A stretch of 64,000 nt of DNA from Limnochordia bacterium (GCA_050951545.1 JBMNJG010000007.1:224001-288000); one strand, 5' to 3'. Shown: positions 29,346 through 38,009, numbered from the stretch's first letter. Translations and numbers: made by a program. Notes: generated from the letters alone by a model not told the origin.

Positions 29346-31331
29346 GTGCTCGAGGATGTATGGCCCCCTCTTTTCTGGGGGCCGGAGCGTCTGGAAGAGA
29401 TCAAGCGCAAGACGGTTGAAGTAGGTTGGGCAAGAGAATGCTATGAAACACTCTTAGACGAAGCAGGGCCCATACTTGGTGATGAACCACAGCTGCCCAT
29501 TGAACCGATCGGCTGGCGTCATAGCTTCTACTCGCCGCTGTCTGGTGAGCACCTCGTCTTTGATCCTGGTGAGAGTAGACGTTTCGTAGATCCATCGAAC
29601 CAACAGGTCTGGGAAGGTGTTGAGTATCGCCGGGCATGGGCACTGTTTGTGCATGAGCGTACCTATCGTCTGATGCGCAGCATGGCTTTGCTGTACCGCC
29701 TGAATGGAGATGAGCGCTATGCCAAGTGGGCCGTCGCCGGATTGGAAAAGGCGATCACCATGTTTTCGCACTCAGAGCTTCGTGAGGGCAACAGCTCTGA
29801 AGCCTTGTACTATCAGCCCCTTTACGATGCACAAGTGCTAGCTCTGATCGCCAACACCTGCGCGCTCTTGAAGGGAACGAGGCCCTATTCGCCTGCTCTT
29901 CATCAACGCGTGGTCAGAGGTATTTTCGAGGACGCCATGCCTTATCAGATGCGCTTCATGGAGAGTCGCGGCGCACACAACATGACGTGTTATGTCGATG
30001 CAGCACTGATGTTTGCTGGTCTGTTCGCAGAGCGGCACGACTGGGTGGATCTGGCCTTGCATCATCCCACGGGTGGCTTTATGGCCATGATACAAAACGG
30101 CCTGGCTCAAGACGAAGACGGAGACATCGACGGTTTCTGGCGGGAGGGGACTCAGTTTTACCATTTCTACTCCCTGTGTCCTCTTCTGTCGGTCTACGCG
30201 CTATGGAAGGCAAGCGGACTGCCACTGCCTGCGGAGCGGGCGCAGCTTGAGCATCGCTTGCTACGCATGCTCTTGGCGCCTGTCGAGATGTGCGATGAGC
30301 ACCTGCGTCTGCCAGTCTTTGGCGATCTGGGAGCGCCCCGGCGCACCAAGCTTATGCTCTATCGGCATGTGTATGAGATGGGCACCGGCGTGCTGGATGA
30401 GACGAGGCTCAAGCCCGTTCTGGCTGCTATATACTCTACGGGCCTGTCGCGAGGCAATCTCACAGCGCTGGCTTGCGGTCCCGACGTTTTGGACGTCGAA
30501 CCGTACCGACCGAAGAGCGTGCTGCTATCCGCTACAGGTGTGGCGTTCATCAGGGAGAAGTCGTTTCACGCTTACCTCAAAGCAGGCCCGTCCCTGGGAG
30601 GTCACGACCACTGCGATAAGCTCTCCTTCGGGTTGAGTGCCCATGGTCAACTGATGCTGGCCGATCTGGGTACTGCTGGTTACGCAGTCCGGGACTATCG
30701 GGCTTACTGCCGCAGCAGTTTGGCTCACAGTACAGTGCTAGTTGACGATCAGGAGACACAGAAGGTTGCTCAGGCTCATCTGGAGATGTCTGCCGCGGGG
30801 TGTTGGGCGCAGGCGACAATTACGGGACCGGACAGCATTTCCCTCACCCGGCGCGTAGCCTTGCGCACCCCGCTTCTGCAAGTGGATGATGAGTACACAG
30901 CCTCGGCACCTCACCTATTCACCTGCGTGGTTCATCCGTATGGCCCCGCCACGGTACTATGCGGCGGTGAACCTGCCGATGTGGTCCTTCCGGCACTGCC
31001 GCGGACTGGAGCTTTCGGGTTCCTGATGTATCCACAGAGACGCACAAGCAGTAAACCGATCTGTTTGGAGTGGCAGGCGGGCGAGGAACTGTGGCTCCGA
31101 GGATGGATATGGGCAGATGTTCCTTTTGAGTATGTGCTCGGGCAGACCCCTGGGCATCCTCGGTATGATTTCAGAAACACGTTACTTATCCGGCTGCAAG
31201 GGGCTCAGGTCAAGGTGCATATGGTCCTAGAAATTCATACGGGCCAGGCTACTGTACTCTCATGCCCCAAAAACGCCAGTCCTTCAGCCCAAGCCAAGCA
31301 AGGAGCCCACCTGGTAGACGCCAACGGCTAA
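29346..31331 (+). CDS. Cytoplasmic heparinase II/III-like / oligo-alginate-lyase-like protein
   Basis: Motifs AHN, DGFWREG..YHFY, GGHDHCDKL, DLGT.GY, LAHSTV, resembling PL17/PL15/PL12 folds. No signal peptide. Start uncertain (ORF open from 29262). Confidence 0.7.
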   Translation: MLEDVWPPLFWGPERLEEIKRKTVEVGWARECYETLLDEAGPILGDEPQLPIEPIGWRHSFYSPLSGEHLVFDPGESRRFVDPSNQQVWEGVEYRRAWALFVHERTYRLMRSMALLYRLNGDERYAKWAVAGLEKAITMFSHSELREGNSSEALYYQPLYDAQVLALIANTCALLKGTRPYSPALHQRVVRGIFEDAMPYQMRFMESRGAHNMTCYVDAALMFAGLFAERHDWVDLALHHPTGGFMAMIQNGLAQDEDGDIDGFWREGTQFYHFYSLCPLLSVYALWKASGLPLPAERAQLEHRLLRMLLAPVEMCDEHLRLPVFGDLGAPRRTKLMLYRHVYEMGTGVLDETRLKPVLAAIYSTGLSRGNLTALACGPDVLDVEPYRPKSVLLSATGVAFIREKSFHAYLKAGPSLGGHDHCDKLSFGLSAHGQLMLADLGTAGYAVRDYRAYCRSSLAHSTVLVDDQETQKVAQAHLEMSAAGCWAQATITGPDSISLTRRVALRTPLLQVDDEYTASAPHLFTCVVHPYGPATVLCGGEPADVVLPALPRTGAFGFLMYPQRRTSSKPICLEWQAGEELWLRGWIWADVPFEYVLGQTPGHPRYDFRNTLLIRLQGAQVKVHMVLEIHTGQATVLSCPKNASPSAQAKQGAHLVDANG

Positions 31332-33161
31332 GCTCCATCCGAGGAGGAGTGGGTAGGCAACAGCCAACGCTGTCCAAGCTCGCGAGCCAGTCTCTTGTCG
31401 GATGGCAGCGATGGTAGCCACACACGGGACGTAAATCAGGGTCATCACTAAGAAGGCGTAGGCCGCCAAGGGCGTCCAATGAGCTTGGATGGCACTTGTG
31501 AGAGTAGCGTGACCTGCACCGTACAGCACGCCGAGAGTGCCGACTACCATCTCTTTGGCCACGATCCCGAAAAGAAGAGCTGTGGCAGCTTGCCAGGTAC
31601 CAAATCCCGCTGGTTTGAGCAGAGGGGCGATGAGGCGACCGATGCGGGCGAGGAGGGAGTTAGGACTTCCGGGAGCGGTTCCGAGTGGCAGATTAGACAT
31701 CGCCCACACCGCGACAACTCCTAGTAGAATGATGGTGCCTGCCTTATGTAGAAACTCTCTGCCTCTTTCCCAGGTTTGCAGAAGGACCACTGACATCTTG
31801 GGCATCCGGTAGGGTGGCAACTCCATGACAAAAGCAGACGAACCGTCTGGCCTTAGGATGAAGCTGAGAGCCTTCGATACGGCCATAGCCAACACTACAC
31901 CCAAAGCGTACAGTGAGAAGACGACGAGGCCACGCTTCTCAGCAAAGAACGCCGTGGCGAACAAGACGTACACGGGGAGACGGGCAGAGCACGACATAAG
32001 CGGGTTGACGAGTATCGACACGAGTCGATCACGCTGATTGTCAAGACTGCGTGTAGCTAAGATGCCAGTAACGTTGCAGCCAAAACCCAAGATCATAGGG
32101 ATGAACGCTTTGCCATGTAGCCCGACGGTCTTCATGAATCCATCCGAAATGAGGGCGGCCCGGGCCATGTAGCCAATGTCTTCGAGAAGCGAGATGGCGA
32201 AAAACAGCAGGAAAATGGGAGGTATGAACTCAAGTACCGCTCCAAGGCCGGCTAGGACACCGTCCACGAAAAAAGCAGTGATGATCGGGGGTGTGCTCGC
32301 TGGCAGTACGTGGGTGATCCAGATCCCCAGAGCATTGGCTGCATCACTCAGCCATCCCGCCATGGGCTCGCTCAAGGTAAAGGTAAACTGGAACATAAGG
32401 AAGATCACAGCAAAGAAGATGGGATAGCTGAGCCATGGATGCAGCAACACCTGGTCTATACGCTGCGAAGGCGAGAGGCTGGCGCGATCGGGACCAGCTT
32501 TGATGACCAACTCGGCGATTTCGGCGGCTCTATCGTAGCGGCGAGACACAGTGGCATCGTCGGGGTCGATTACAGCGTGGAGCGGCCCAACGGAGCCAGC
32601 ATTCTGGTCATGTTGGGGCAGACCGTTTTCCCCTTCGTTGGCCGCACTCAAGGCTGCATCAAGGAGAGCGTGAATGCCGTGGCCACTTACTGCTACGGTA
32701 GGTACAACAGGTATCCCCAGAGCCTTGGCCAGGCCTTCAACATGGATCTCGAAGCCTAGTGCTTGGGCTTCGTCGAACATGTTGAGGGCGATAATCAGCG
32801 GCACTCTTAGCTCGAGCAGCTGGATGGTCAGGTAGAGGTTGCGCTCCAGGTTTGTGGCGTCGATTACGTTGATGACTACATCGGGGTGGTGGCGGGTGAG
32901 GAAGTCGCGGGCTATGGTTTCGTCTATGGCCTGGGACCCGAGGCTGTAGGTTCCAGGGAGATCGACGACGCGTACGGTGGTTCCGTTGTGCGTCGCATAC
33001 CCTTCTTTCCTCTCGACGGTGACGCCTGGCCAGTTACCGACGTGCTGGCGGGCACCAGTGATGGCATTGAAAAGAGCGGTCTTACCCGCGTTTGGATTGC
33101 CAGCGATGGCAATAACAGGTGTAGATACCTGCTGTTTCTGCATGGCCATGCGGATCTTCAA
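31284..33161 (-). CDS. feoB: Ferrous iron transport protein B
   Basis: G-motifs GNPNAGKT, NWPGVT, DLPG, NMFD. Membrane motifs GFGCNV, SCSARLP, ELPPY, YVPCVAT. Confidence 0.95.
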   Translation of the reverse strand: MKIRMAMQKQQVSTPVIAIAGNPNAGKTALFNAITGARQHVGNWPGVTVERKEGYATHNGTTVRVVDLPGTYSLGSQAIDETIARDFLTRHHPDVVINVIDATNLERNLYLTIQLLELRVPLIIALNMFDEAQALGFEIHVEGLAKALGIPVVPTVAVSGHGIHALLDAALSAANEGENGLPQHDQNAGSVGPLHAVIDPDDATVSRRYDRAAEIAELVIKAGPDRASLSPSQRIDQVLLHPWLSYPIFFAVIFLMFQFTFTLSEPMAGWLSDAANALGIWITHVLPASTPPIITAFFVDGVLAGLGAVLEFIPPIFLLFFAISLLEDIGYMARAALISDGFMKTVGLHGKAFIPMILGFGCNVTGILATRSLDNQRDRLVSILVNPLMSCSARLPVYVLFATAFFAEKRGLVVFSLYALGVVLAMAVSKALSFILRPDGSSAFVMELPPYRMPKMSVVLLQTWERGREFLHKAGTIILLGVVAVWAMSNLPLGTAPGSPNSLLARIGRLIAPLLKPAGFGTWQAATALLFGIVAKEMVVGTLGVLYGAGHATLTSAIQAHWTPLAAYAFLVMTLIYVPCVATIAAIRQETGSRAWTALAVAYPLLLGWSLAVGVYQVGSLLGLG

Positions 33162-33538
33162 CCCCTTTCACTTTGGTCTCTGATGGGATTGCGACGGCCA
33201 CGGTGCCGGCGGCCGAAGCCCCTTCCCAGACCTCGACGGCCGCGCGGTCGCCCGGGTCGCTGTACCGTGACAATGCTGGGAACATTCCGGGGAGCCACTA
33301 ACACGCTGGCGGCTTCTCCTCGTCTGAGAGCGAGACGACATCCCCTTGCATTGATAATGATAGGATCACCCAGAGGGGCTGCGCCCTCGAGGTAGACTTC
33401 CGTACCAGGCGTCAGGCCCATGTCCATAAGCTTGCGCCTGAGTGGGCCGCAGCACCTGATAGACAGAATTGTCCCTAGAGCTCCTGGGTGTAAATCAGCC
33501 AAGGAAATCGGTGCCTGGGGGTGCAGGTTTTCGGTCAT
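33158..33538 (-). CDS. feoA: Ferrous iron transport protein A with Arg/Gly-rich tail
   Basis: RRKLMDMGLTPG...APLGDP...LALRRGEA. Confidence 0.9.
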   Translation of the reverse strand: MTENLHPQAPISLADLHPGALGTILSIRCCGPLRRKLMDMGLTPGTEVYLEGAAPLGDPIIINARGCRLALRRGEAASVLVAPRNVPSIVTVQRPGRPRGRRGLGRGFGRRHRGRRNPIRDQSERG

Positions 33539-33927
33539 AGGCTTGTCCTCTTATCCATATAGTCAATCATGCTAGCCATCGTCTTGGCACTTACTACGTG
33601 CTCTATCCTACAGGCATCCTCTTCGGCGATTGCTTCGCTTACGCCAAGGACATTTGTAAGAAAGGACTTGATCGCTTCGTGTCTTTTGCGAATCGTTTGT
33701 GCTGCAGCCACTCCTTCATCCGTGAGAAATATCGGGCCGTACTTCTCTCGCGTGACCAGGTGCCTACCAACCAGAAGGCCTACAGCCTGATTGACACTGG
33801 CCTTGGATACGTCAAGTTTGGTGGCGATATCCGTGGTCCGGGCTCCTTGATCATCGCTGCTCAGCTCCAACACCGCCTCGAGGTAATCCTCAAGTGAAGG
33901 GGATATCTGAACTCGTCGACGGGTCAT
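33535..33927 (-). CDS. DtxR/MntR family metal-dependent repressor
   Basis: Motifs SLEDYLEA, DIA..L.VSKASV, RKRH, AEEDACRIEH. Confidence 0.9.
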   Translation of the reverse strand: MTRRRVQISPSLEDYLEAVLELSSDDQGARTTDIATKLDVSKASVNQAVGLLVGRHLVTREKYGPIFLTDEGVAAAQTIRKRHEAIKSFLTNVLGVSEAIAEEDACRIEHVVSAKTMASMIDYMDKRTSL

Positions 33928-33960
33928 CGCTTACTCCTTCCTGCATATGGGCAGTGGGTT

Positions 33961-33980
33961 AAGTTAGGTGCAACTAACTT
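33961..33980. promoter_or_regulatory. DtxR/SirR-type operator palindrome
   Basis: AAGTTAG-GTGCAA-CTAACTT. The core TTAGGTGCAACTAA resembles DtxR-family boxes and lies just downstream of the sigA promoter. Confidence 0.75.
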
Positions 33981-33992
33981 TGTTCTGCTTTC

Positions 33993-34021
33993 AATATACG
34001 GCACCACGTCGGCAGTGTCAA
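33993..34021 (-). promoter_or_regulatory. sigA promoter of the dtxR-feoA-feoB operon
   Basis: TTGACA-N17-TATATT on the minus strand. Confidence 0.75.
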
Positions 34022-34067
34022 GGTGTAGAAGCAACTTCGATCACTGGGTGCACACGTGAAGTCGTGG

Positions 34068-34081
34068 GGAACGGATGTTCC
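34068..34081. promoter_or_regulatory. LexA (Cheo/DinR) box candidate 1
   Basis: GGAACGGATGTTCC versus consensus CGAACRNRYGTTYC. Confidence 0.5.
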
Positions 34082-34353
34082 TATCATCACGTCGCCTCTC
34101 GCGTTCCGAGAACTCACCTCACCGCTCACGAAAGTAGGCGGATACGTCGAGCATCTGTTGTGCCCCGGACTGGCTCCAGCATCAGTCGCGTCTTTGTGTA
34201 GTGTCTGCTCACATAGGCGATCGCCGCGGGGTTCTTCTTGCTGCTCGGAAGCACGTTCTTCCGCGGCAGGGCCTCTTCTGAGAATGGTTCACAGCATATA
34301 ACCGGAAAACAATGTCGATATTTGGTGAAGTTAGCTTTTTTGCACGAGAGGGC

Positions 34354-34378
34354 AGGATCCTGCTTGGTCGGGTAGAAA
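34354..34378 (+). promoter_or_regulatory. Putative sigH-type promoter of the HTH-nuclease gene
   Basis: GCAGGA-N17-GAAA, immediately upstream of the LexA box. Confidence 0.35.
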
Positions 34379-34393
34379 GAAGTCACAGCGGGG

Positions 34394-34407
34394 CGAACAT
34401 TTGTTCC
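34394..34407. promoter_or_regulatory. LexA (Cheo/DinR) box candidate 2
   Basis: CGAACATTTGTTCC, about 20 bp upstream of the TTG start. Confidence 0.7.
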
Positions 34408-34428
34408 CGGTTATGTGAGGTGAGTTTC

Positions 34429-35484
34429 TTGTATTCCCTGCATATAGATGAAGCGCGTGTGCCTGATTCGATACTTTGCGCTGGCGATTTGAGAGCTAGC
34501 GAAAAAGTTGTCTGGATGGCCTTGGCTATGGATGCTCATTTGGACGAGGCGTTTCTCTATTCGCCCAGCCGCCTGGCACGGCGCACGGGCATGTCTCGAT
34601 CGACCGTTCGCAAGGCTGTGGCCAGACTGCTCAGCGAGGAGCGGTTTGTTTTGGCAACCGTTCGGCTCATGAATAAACTATCAGAGCAGTGGTTGCCCCC
34701 TGGCTGGCTTCAGATTCCGGTCGAGCTGATCATGGCCACCCAACTCAACCCCCAAGCCAAAGTCGTCTATGCAGTACTTGTAGGCAAAGACGATCCGGAG
34801 TATCGTCTGCGGCAGTTCAAATACTCTGAGCTCGCCGAGCTGATGCATCTGAGCCCTCAGACCGTAAAACATGCGGTGCGGCGATTAGCCAAACTGAGCT
34901 GGCTCGAGATGGAGCAGCCACACAAACAGGCCGTGATTCGCTTTACCCTCCTCAACCCGATCGATAAGAAGCACAGCGAAGAAGTGTGGCGCATACAGCA
35001 CAAACTCGACACGGCTGAGTATTACGGGGAAGCACTTATGACAGGTATCTGCACTGCTCTTGTGGACTCTCAGCATTACACGCCCCGCATCCGCCCCCCT
35101 TTCCTGGAGAACCCCGACACCGGTCAGAGGCTGGAGTTGGATCTCTTCTATTATCTTCATTATACGGCCTTCGAGTTTAATGGTCCGCAACACTACGGTG
35201 TCACGAAGCTCTACTCAGCTGAGCAAGTGCTTGAGCAGCAGAAGCGTGACCAGACAAAGGAGCAGACCTGTGCCGAGGAGGACATAGAGTTGATCGTGAT
35301 CCAGTCCCGCGAGCTCTCGTGGGAGACGATCAAGAAGAAGATTGGCAGACGACTGCCGCTGCGGCGCGACGTACGCATCAACCGGAAGCTGTTCCGGCTT
35401 CTCAAGCCCAGGTGCCGGCGGTACCGCGAGCAGGCCAAGCACGGCTGGGCGCCCAGTGAATCTACGGAAACACCACAAGATTAG
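34429..35484 (+). CDS. Tandem winged-HTH protein with C-terminal PD-(D/E)XK (Vsr/DUF559-like) nuclease domain
   Basis: Two internally repeated units: (V/I)P..(I/L)....L....K(V)V(W/Y)..L followed by HTH LA...(G/H).S..TV..AV.RL. C-terminal RP.FL.NP.TG.RLELD...AFEFNGPQHY...RD..K...C....I.LIVI. GAGGTG RBS then TTG at 34429. Confidence 0.7.
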   Translation: MYSLHIDEARVPDSILCAGDLRASEKVVWMALAMDAHLDEAFLYSPSRLARRTGMSRSTVRKAVARLLSEERFVLATVRLMNKLSEQWLPPGWLQIPVELIMATQLNPQAKVVYAVLVGKDDPEYRLRQFKYSELAELMHLSPQTVKHAVRRLAKLSWLEMEQPHKQAVIRFTLLNPIDKKHSEEVWRIQHKLDTAEYYGEALMTGICTALVDSQHYTPRIRPPFLENPDTGQRLELDLFYYLHYTAFEFNGPQHYGVTKLYSAEQVLEQQKRDQTKEQTCAEEDIELIVIQSRELSWETIKKKIGRRLPLRRDVRINRKLFRLLKPRCRRYREQAKHGWAPSESTETPQD

Positions 35485-35701
35485 TCCGCGGCGCCTTCGC
35501 TGAGGCGTAACCACTGAAGATGCGTCTCCTCACCTAGGAGTAGGAGCGTCTAGAAACGTCGTTCCACGCTCTGGTAACCCTTCAGTCCTGCTTCACACAG
35601 CACATAACCGGATAGGATCACCGTCCCTTTCCTGTGTCAAGCGGCCTAGTCGCCAAGTGGGTGGGCTGAGCGGGAAAGTCGCGCTCCTTTGTACATCATA
35701 A

Positions 35702-36213
35702 GGCGACATGCTGGCACCCCTTGGACCCCTGGAGCCCTGGAGCCCTGGAGCCGACAAACGTGGTCAATGCGCAGCGATGGCGCCCTCCCGGACCACTTTC
35801 GGCGCACTCAACCCACGAAAACGGCGCATTCCCCTCCCCAAATCGCTGTTTCCCCACCTCAAAAGCCGCACCCCGACCAGTGGACTGCACATAACGCGAC
35901 GCCATCGATGGTCTTTCCCCATGTCCAGCGCCCAGCCGTTCACCGGGTGGGCTGAGGGCGCGGGGCTGAGGGCGGAGAGGGCGGCTAGGCGGCGACACGC
36001 TGGCACCCCTTGGAGCCCTGGAGCCGACAAACGTGGTCAATGCGCAGCGATGGCACCCTCCCGGCCACTTTCGGCGCACTCAACCCACGAAAACGGCGCA
36101 TTCCCCTCCCCAAATCGCTGTTTCCCCACCTCAAAAGCCGCACCCCGACCAGTGGACTGCACATAACGCAACGCCATCGATGGTCTTTCCCCATGTCCAG
36201 CGCCCAGCCGTTC
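35702..36213. repeat. Near-identical direct repeat, 2 copies (35702-35941, 240 bp; 35991-36213, 223 bp)
   Basis: Read directly. Copies differ by two CCCTGGAG-type 8-mers, one 1-bp indel and about three substitutions. GGGTGGGCTGAG precedes both. Confidence 0.95.
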
Positions 36214-36755
36214 GTGATCACCGTGGGCCAGTTGCGCCCTTCGTTCACCATGGCGGTGACGCGACCGCCACGTGGGTCCGCTGGGAGTTGTGTGGGTCCT
36301 CGCCAGTTGACGCGGCAAACCGTGTCGGGTTGGATCCCTTCTGGCGCCCCAGACGACGAACCGGACCGGCCAGCGCCGCCTTTTCACAGCCAAGCGGGGT
36401 TGTGGGGTGCAAAAGCGGGATATCAGAAGCGGTTTCAGCCAGAACCATTCACCGAAACCGCCCTTTCTTGCCGCCTACCTAGCCGCCGCCAAAACCGCAG
36501 GATGGATCCCATTCCCCGTCCGGGGAGGCGGCCAACCCGTCGGCGAGAGCGCACCCGCACTAACTGGATACAGGGATCACCTACCGCTGTCTTTTGCAGG
36601 GTTCCAATCACTTCGTTTCGGAACCTTGGCAAAGCAGGTCTGCACGTCTGGGGCAAGGAAACGCAGACGATAGCATGCAAAGAAGGATTTGGCAGCAGTG
36701 ATGGCAAAAATGGAGTCTGATGGACCCAATTAACAAGAGGCGAGGTGCTGATGCC

Positions 36756-38009
36756 ATGAAGACGAGGTGTTGTCTGTTCACTGCGGCTCTGTTGATCTTC
36801 AGCTTGGCAGGCGTAGTTTTCGCGGCTCCTAAGACGACCGTAACGATCGCCACCTACTCTCAACCTCGTTTCGAGATTCTGCGTGACACCCTGATCCCCA
36901 AGTGGCAGGCTGCCCACACAGATATCGACATTGAAATCGTCAACTATCCGGATTTCTGGAACAAGCTCTTGGTGTTGATGAGCACCGATCAGGCTCCTGA
37001 TATCGTCGATACGGCTGGCACTTACATTTTTGGCCATGTAATTCGTGGTGGTGCCGTCAATCTGGCACCAATGCTTGAGAAGGACAGTACGCTGAGTAAA
37101 GACAGTTTTTGGCCTGGTCCCTGGAATGAGGTGCGTTGGCCTCAGCCCGATGGTCAAGGCATCTACGGTCTGCCCTACGATACAGTAGGTGCCGTGTTGT
37201 GGTATAACAATGAACTCTTGCGCAACGCTGGTGTTAGCGCACCGAACTCCACATGGAACTGGTTTGATCTGCGGACGGCAGCGAAGAAGATTGCCCGAGA
37301 CACCGATGGCGACGGTCAGATGGATCTGTGGGGCATCGGAGCGGCAGCGACCCATGAGTTCTTTGATCCACTGGTCAAGTCATTTGGCGGTGTGATTCTC
37401 AACCCTGATCGCAAGTCGGCGGGGATCGAATCGCCTCAGGCCATTCAGGCCACGCAGTTCGTGACGGATATGATTCAGGAGGATCGAGCGGCTGTGATGG
37501 GTGGGGGTATTGCCGGAGGTAAGGTAGCATTTCAGATTGGTGGGTCGTTCAACATCAATACCTTTGCTCGGATTGAGGGACTAGACTGGGGCATTGCTCC
37601 GGTGCCCAGGGGTCCGGTTGCACACAACACCTATGGCGGATCTAACATGTTCGAGGTGATGCATCGTCCAGGTCAAGACTTGCAGGCTGTGTGGGCCATA
37701 CTCAAGCTACTGTTGACGCAAGAGACAATCGAGGCTTTCTGGACATCGTACCAGGCTCCCTACAGCATACCGTCTGTGCGCTCTGTGGCTGCACGCACAA
37801 AGATGAATACCATTCAGCAGGTACTCGCTCAGTCGGTTGGTTTCATGAGCGATGCCGATTGGAGCCCTGACTGGGCTATATGGCAGGCGGCGAAGCGTTC
37901 CGGGATTGAACCTGTACTGCGAGGCGAGCGTTCTGCTGCAGAAGGTGTTATGCGTGCTGCTCAGGAGATCAACAAGGTTCTCGATCAAGCCTATGGCATC
38001 GGCAAGTAG
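36756..38009 (+). CDS. Carbohydrate ABC transporter substrate-binding protein
   Basis: Signal peptide (ending VFA), APDI, IYGLPYD...LWYN..L...G, W.W.DL, DTDGDG loop. Confidence 0.9.
   Translation: MKTRCCLFTAALLIFSLAGVVFAAPKTTVTIATYSQPRFEILRDTLIPKWQAAHTDIDIEIVNYPDFWNKLLVLMSTDQAPDIVDTAGTYIFGHVIRGGAVNLAPMLEKDSTLSKDSFWPGPWNEVRWPQPDGQGIYGLPYDTVGAVLWYNNELLRNAGVSAPNSTWNWFDLRTAAKKIARDTDGDGQMDLWGIGAAATHEFFDPLVKSFGGVILNPDRKSAGIESPQAIQATQFVTDMIQEDRAAVMGGGIAGGKVAFQIGGSFNINTFARIEGLDWGIAPVPRGPVAHNTYGGSNMFEVMHRPGQDLQAVWAILKLLLTQETIEAFWTSYQAPYSIPSVRSVAARTKMNTIQQVLAQSVGFMSDADWSPDWAIWQAAKRSGIEPVLRGERSAAEGVMRAAQEINKVLDQAYGIGK

Noticed and set aside
34126-34386. 86-aa divergent ORF as an antitoxin or repressor for the nuclease
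   Set aside because: No RBS, no HTH/RHH pattern, and it overlaps the putative promoter; not supportable.
35696-36720. Several overlapping ORFs (88-236 aa) across the duplicated region
   Set aside because: No RBS or recognisable motifs, the frames differ between the two copies, and composition is typical of GC-rich non-coding DNA.
36435-37355. 306-aa minus-strand ORF
   Set aside because: Antisense to the well-supported ABC substrate-binding protein gene.
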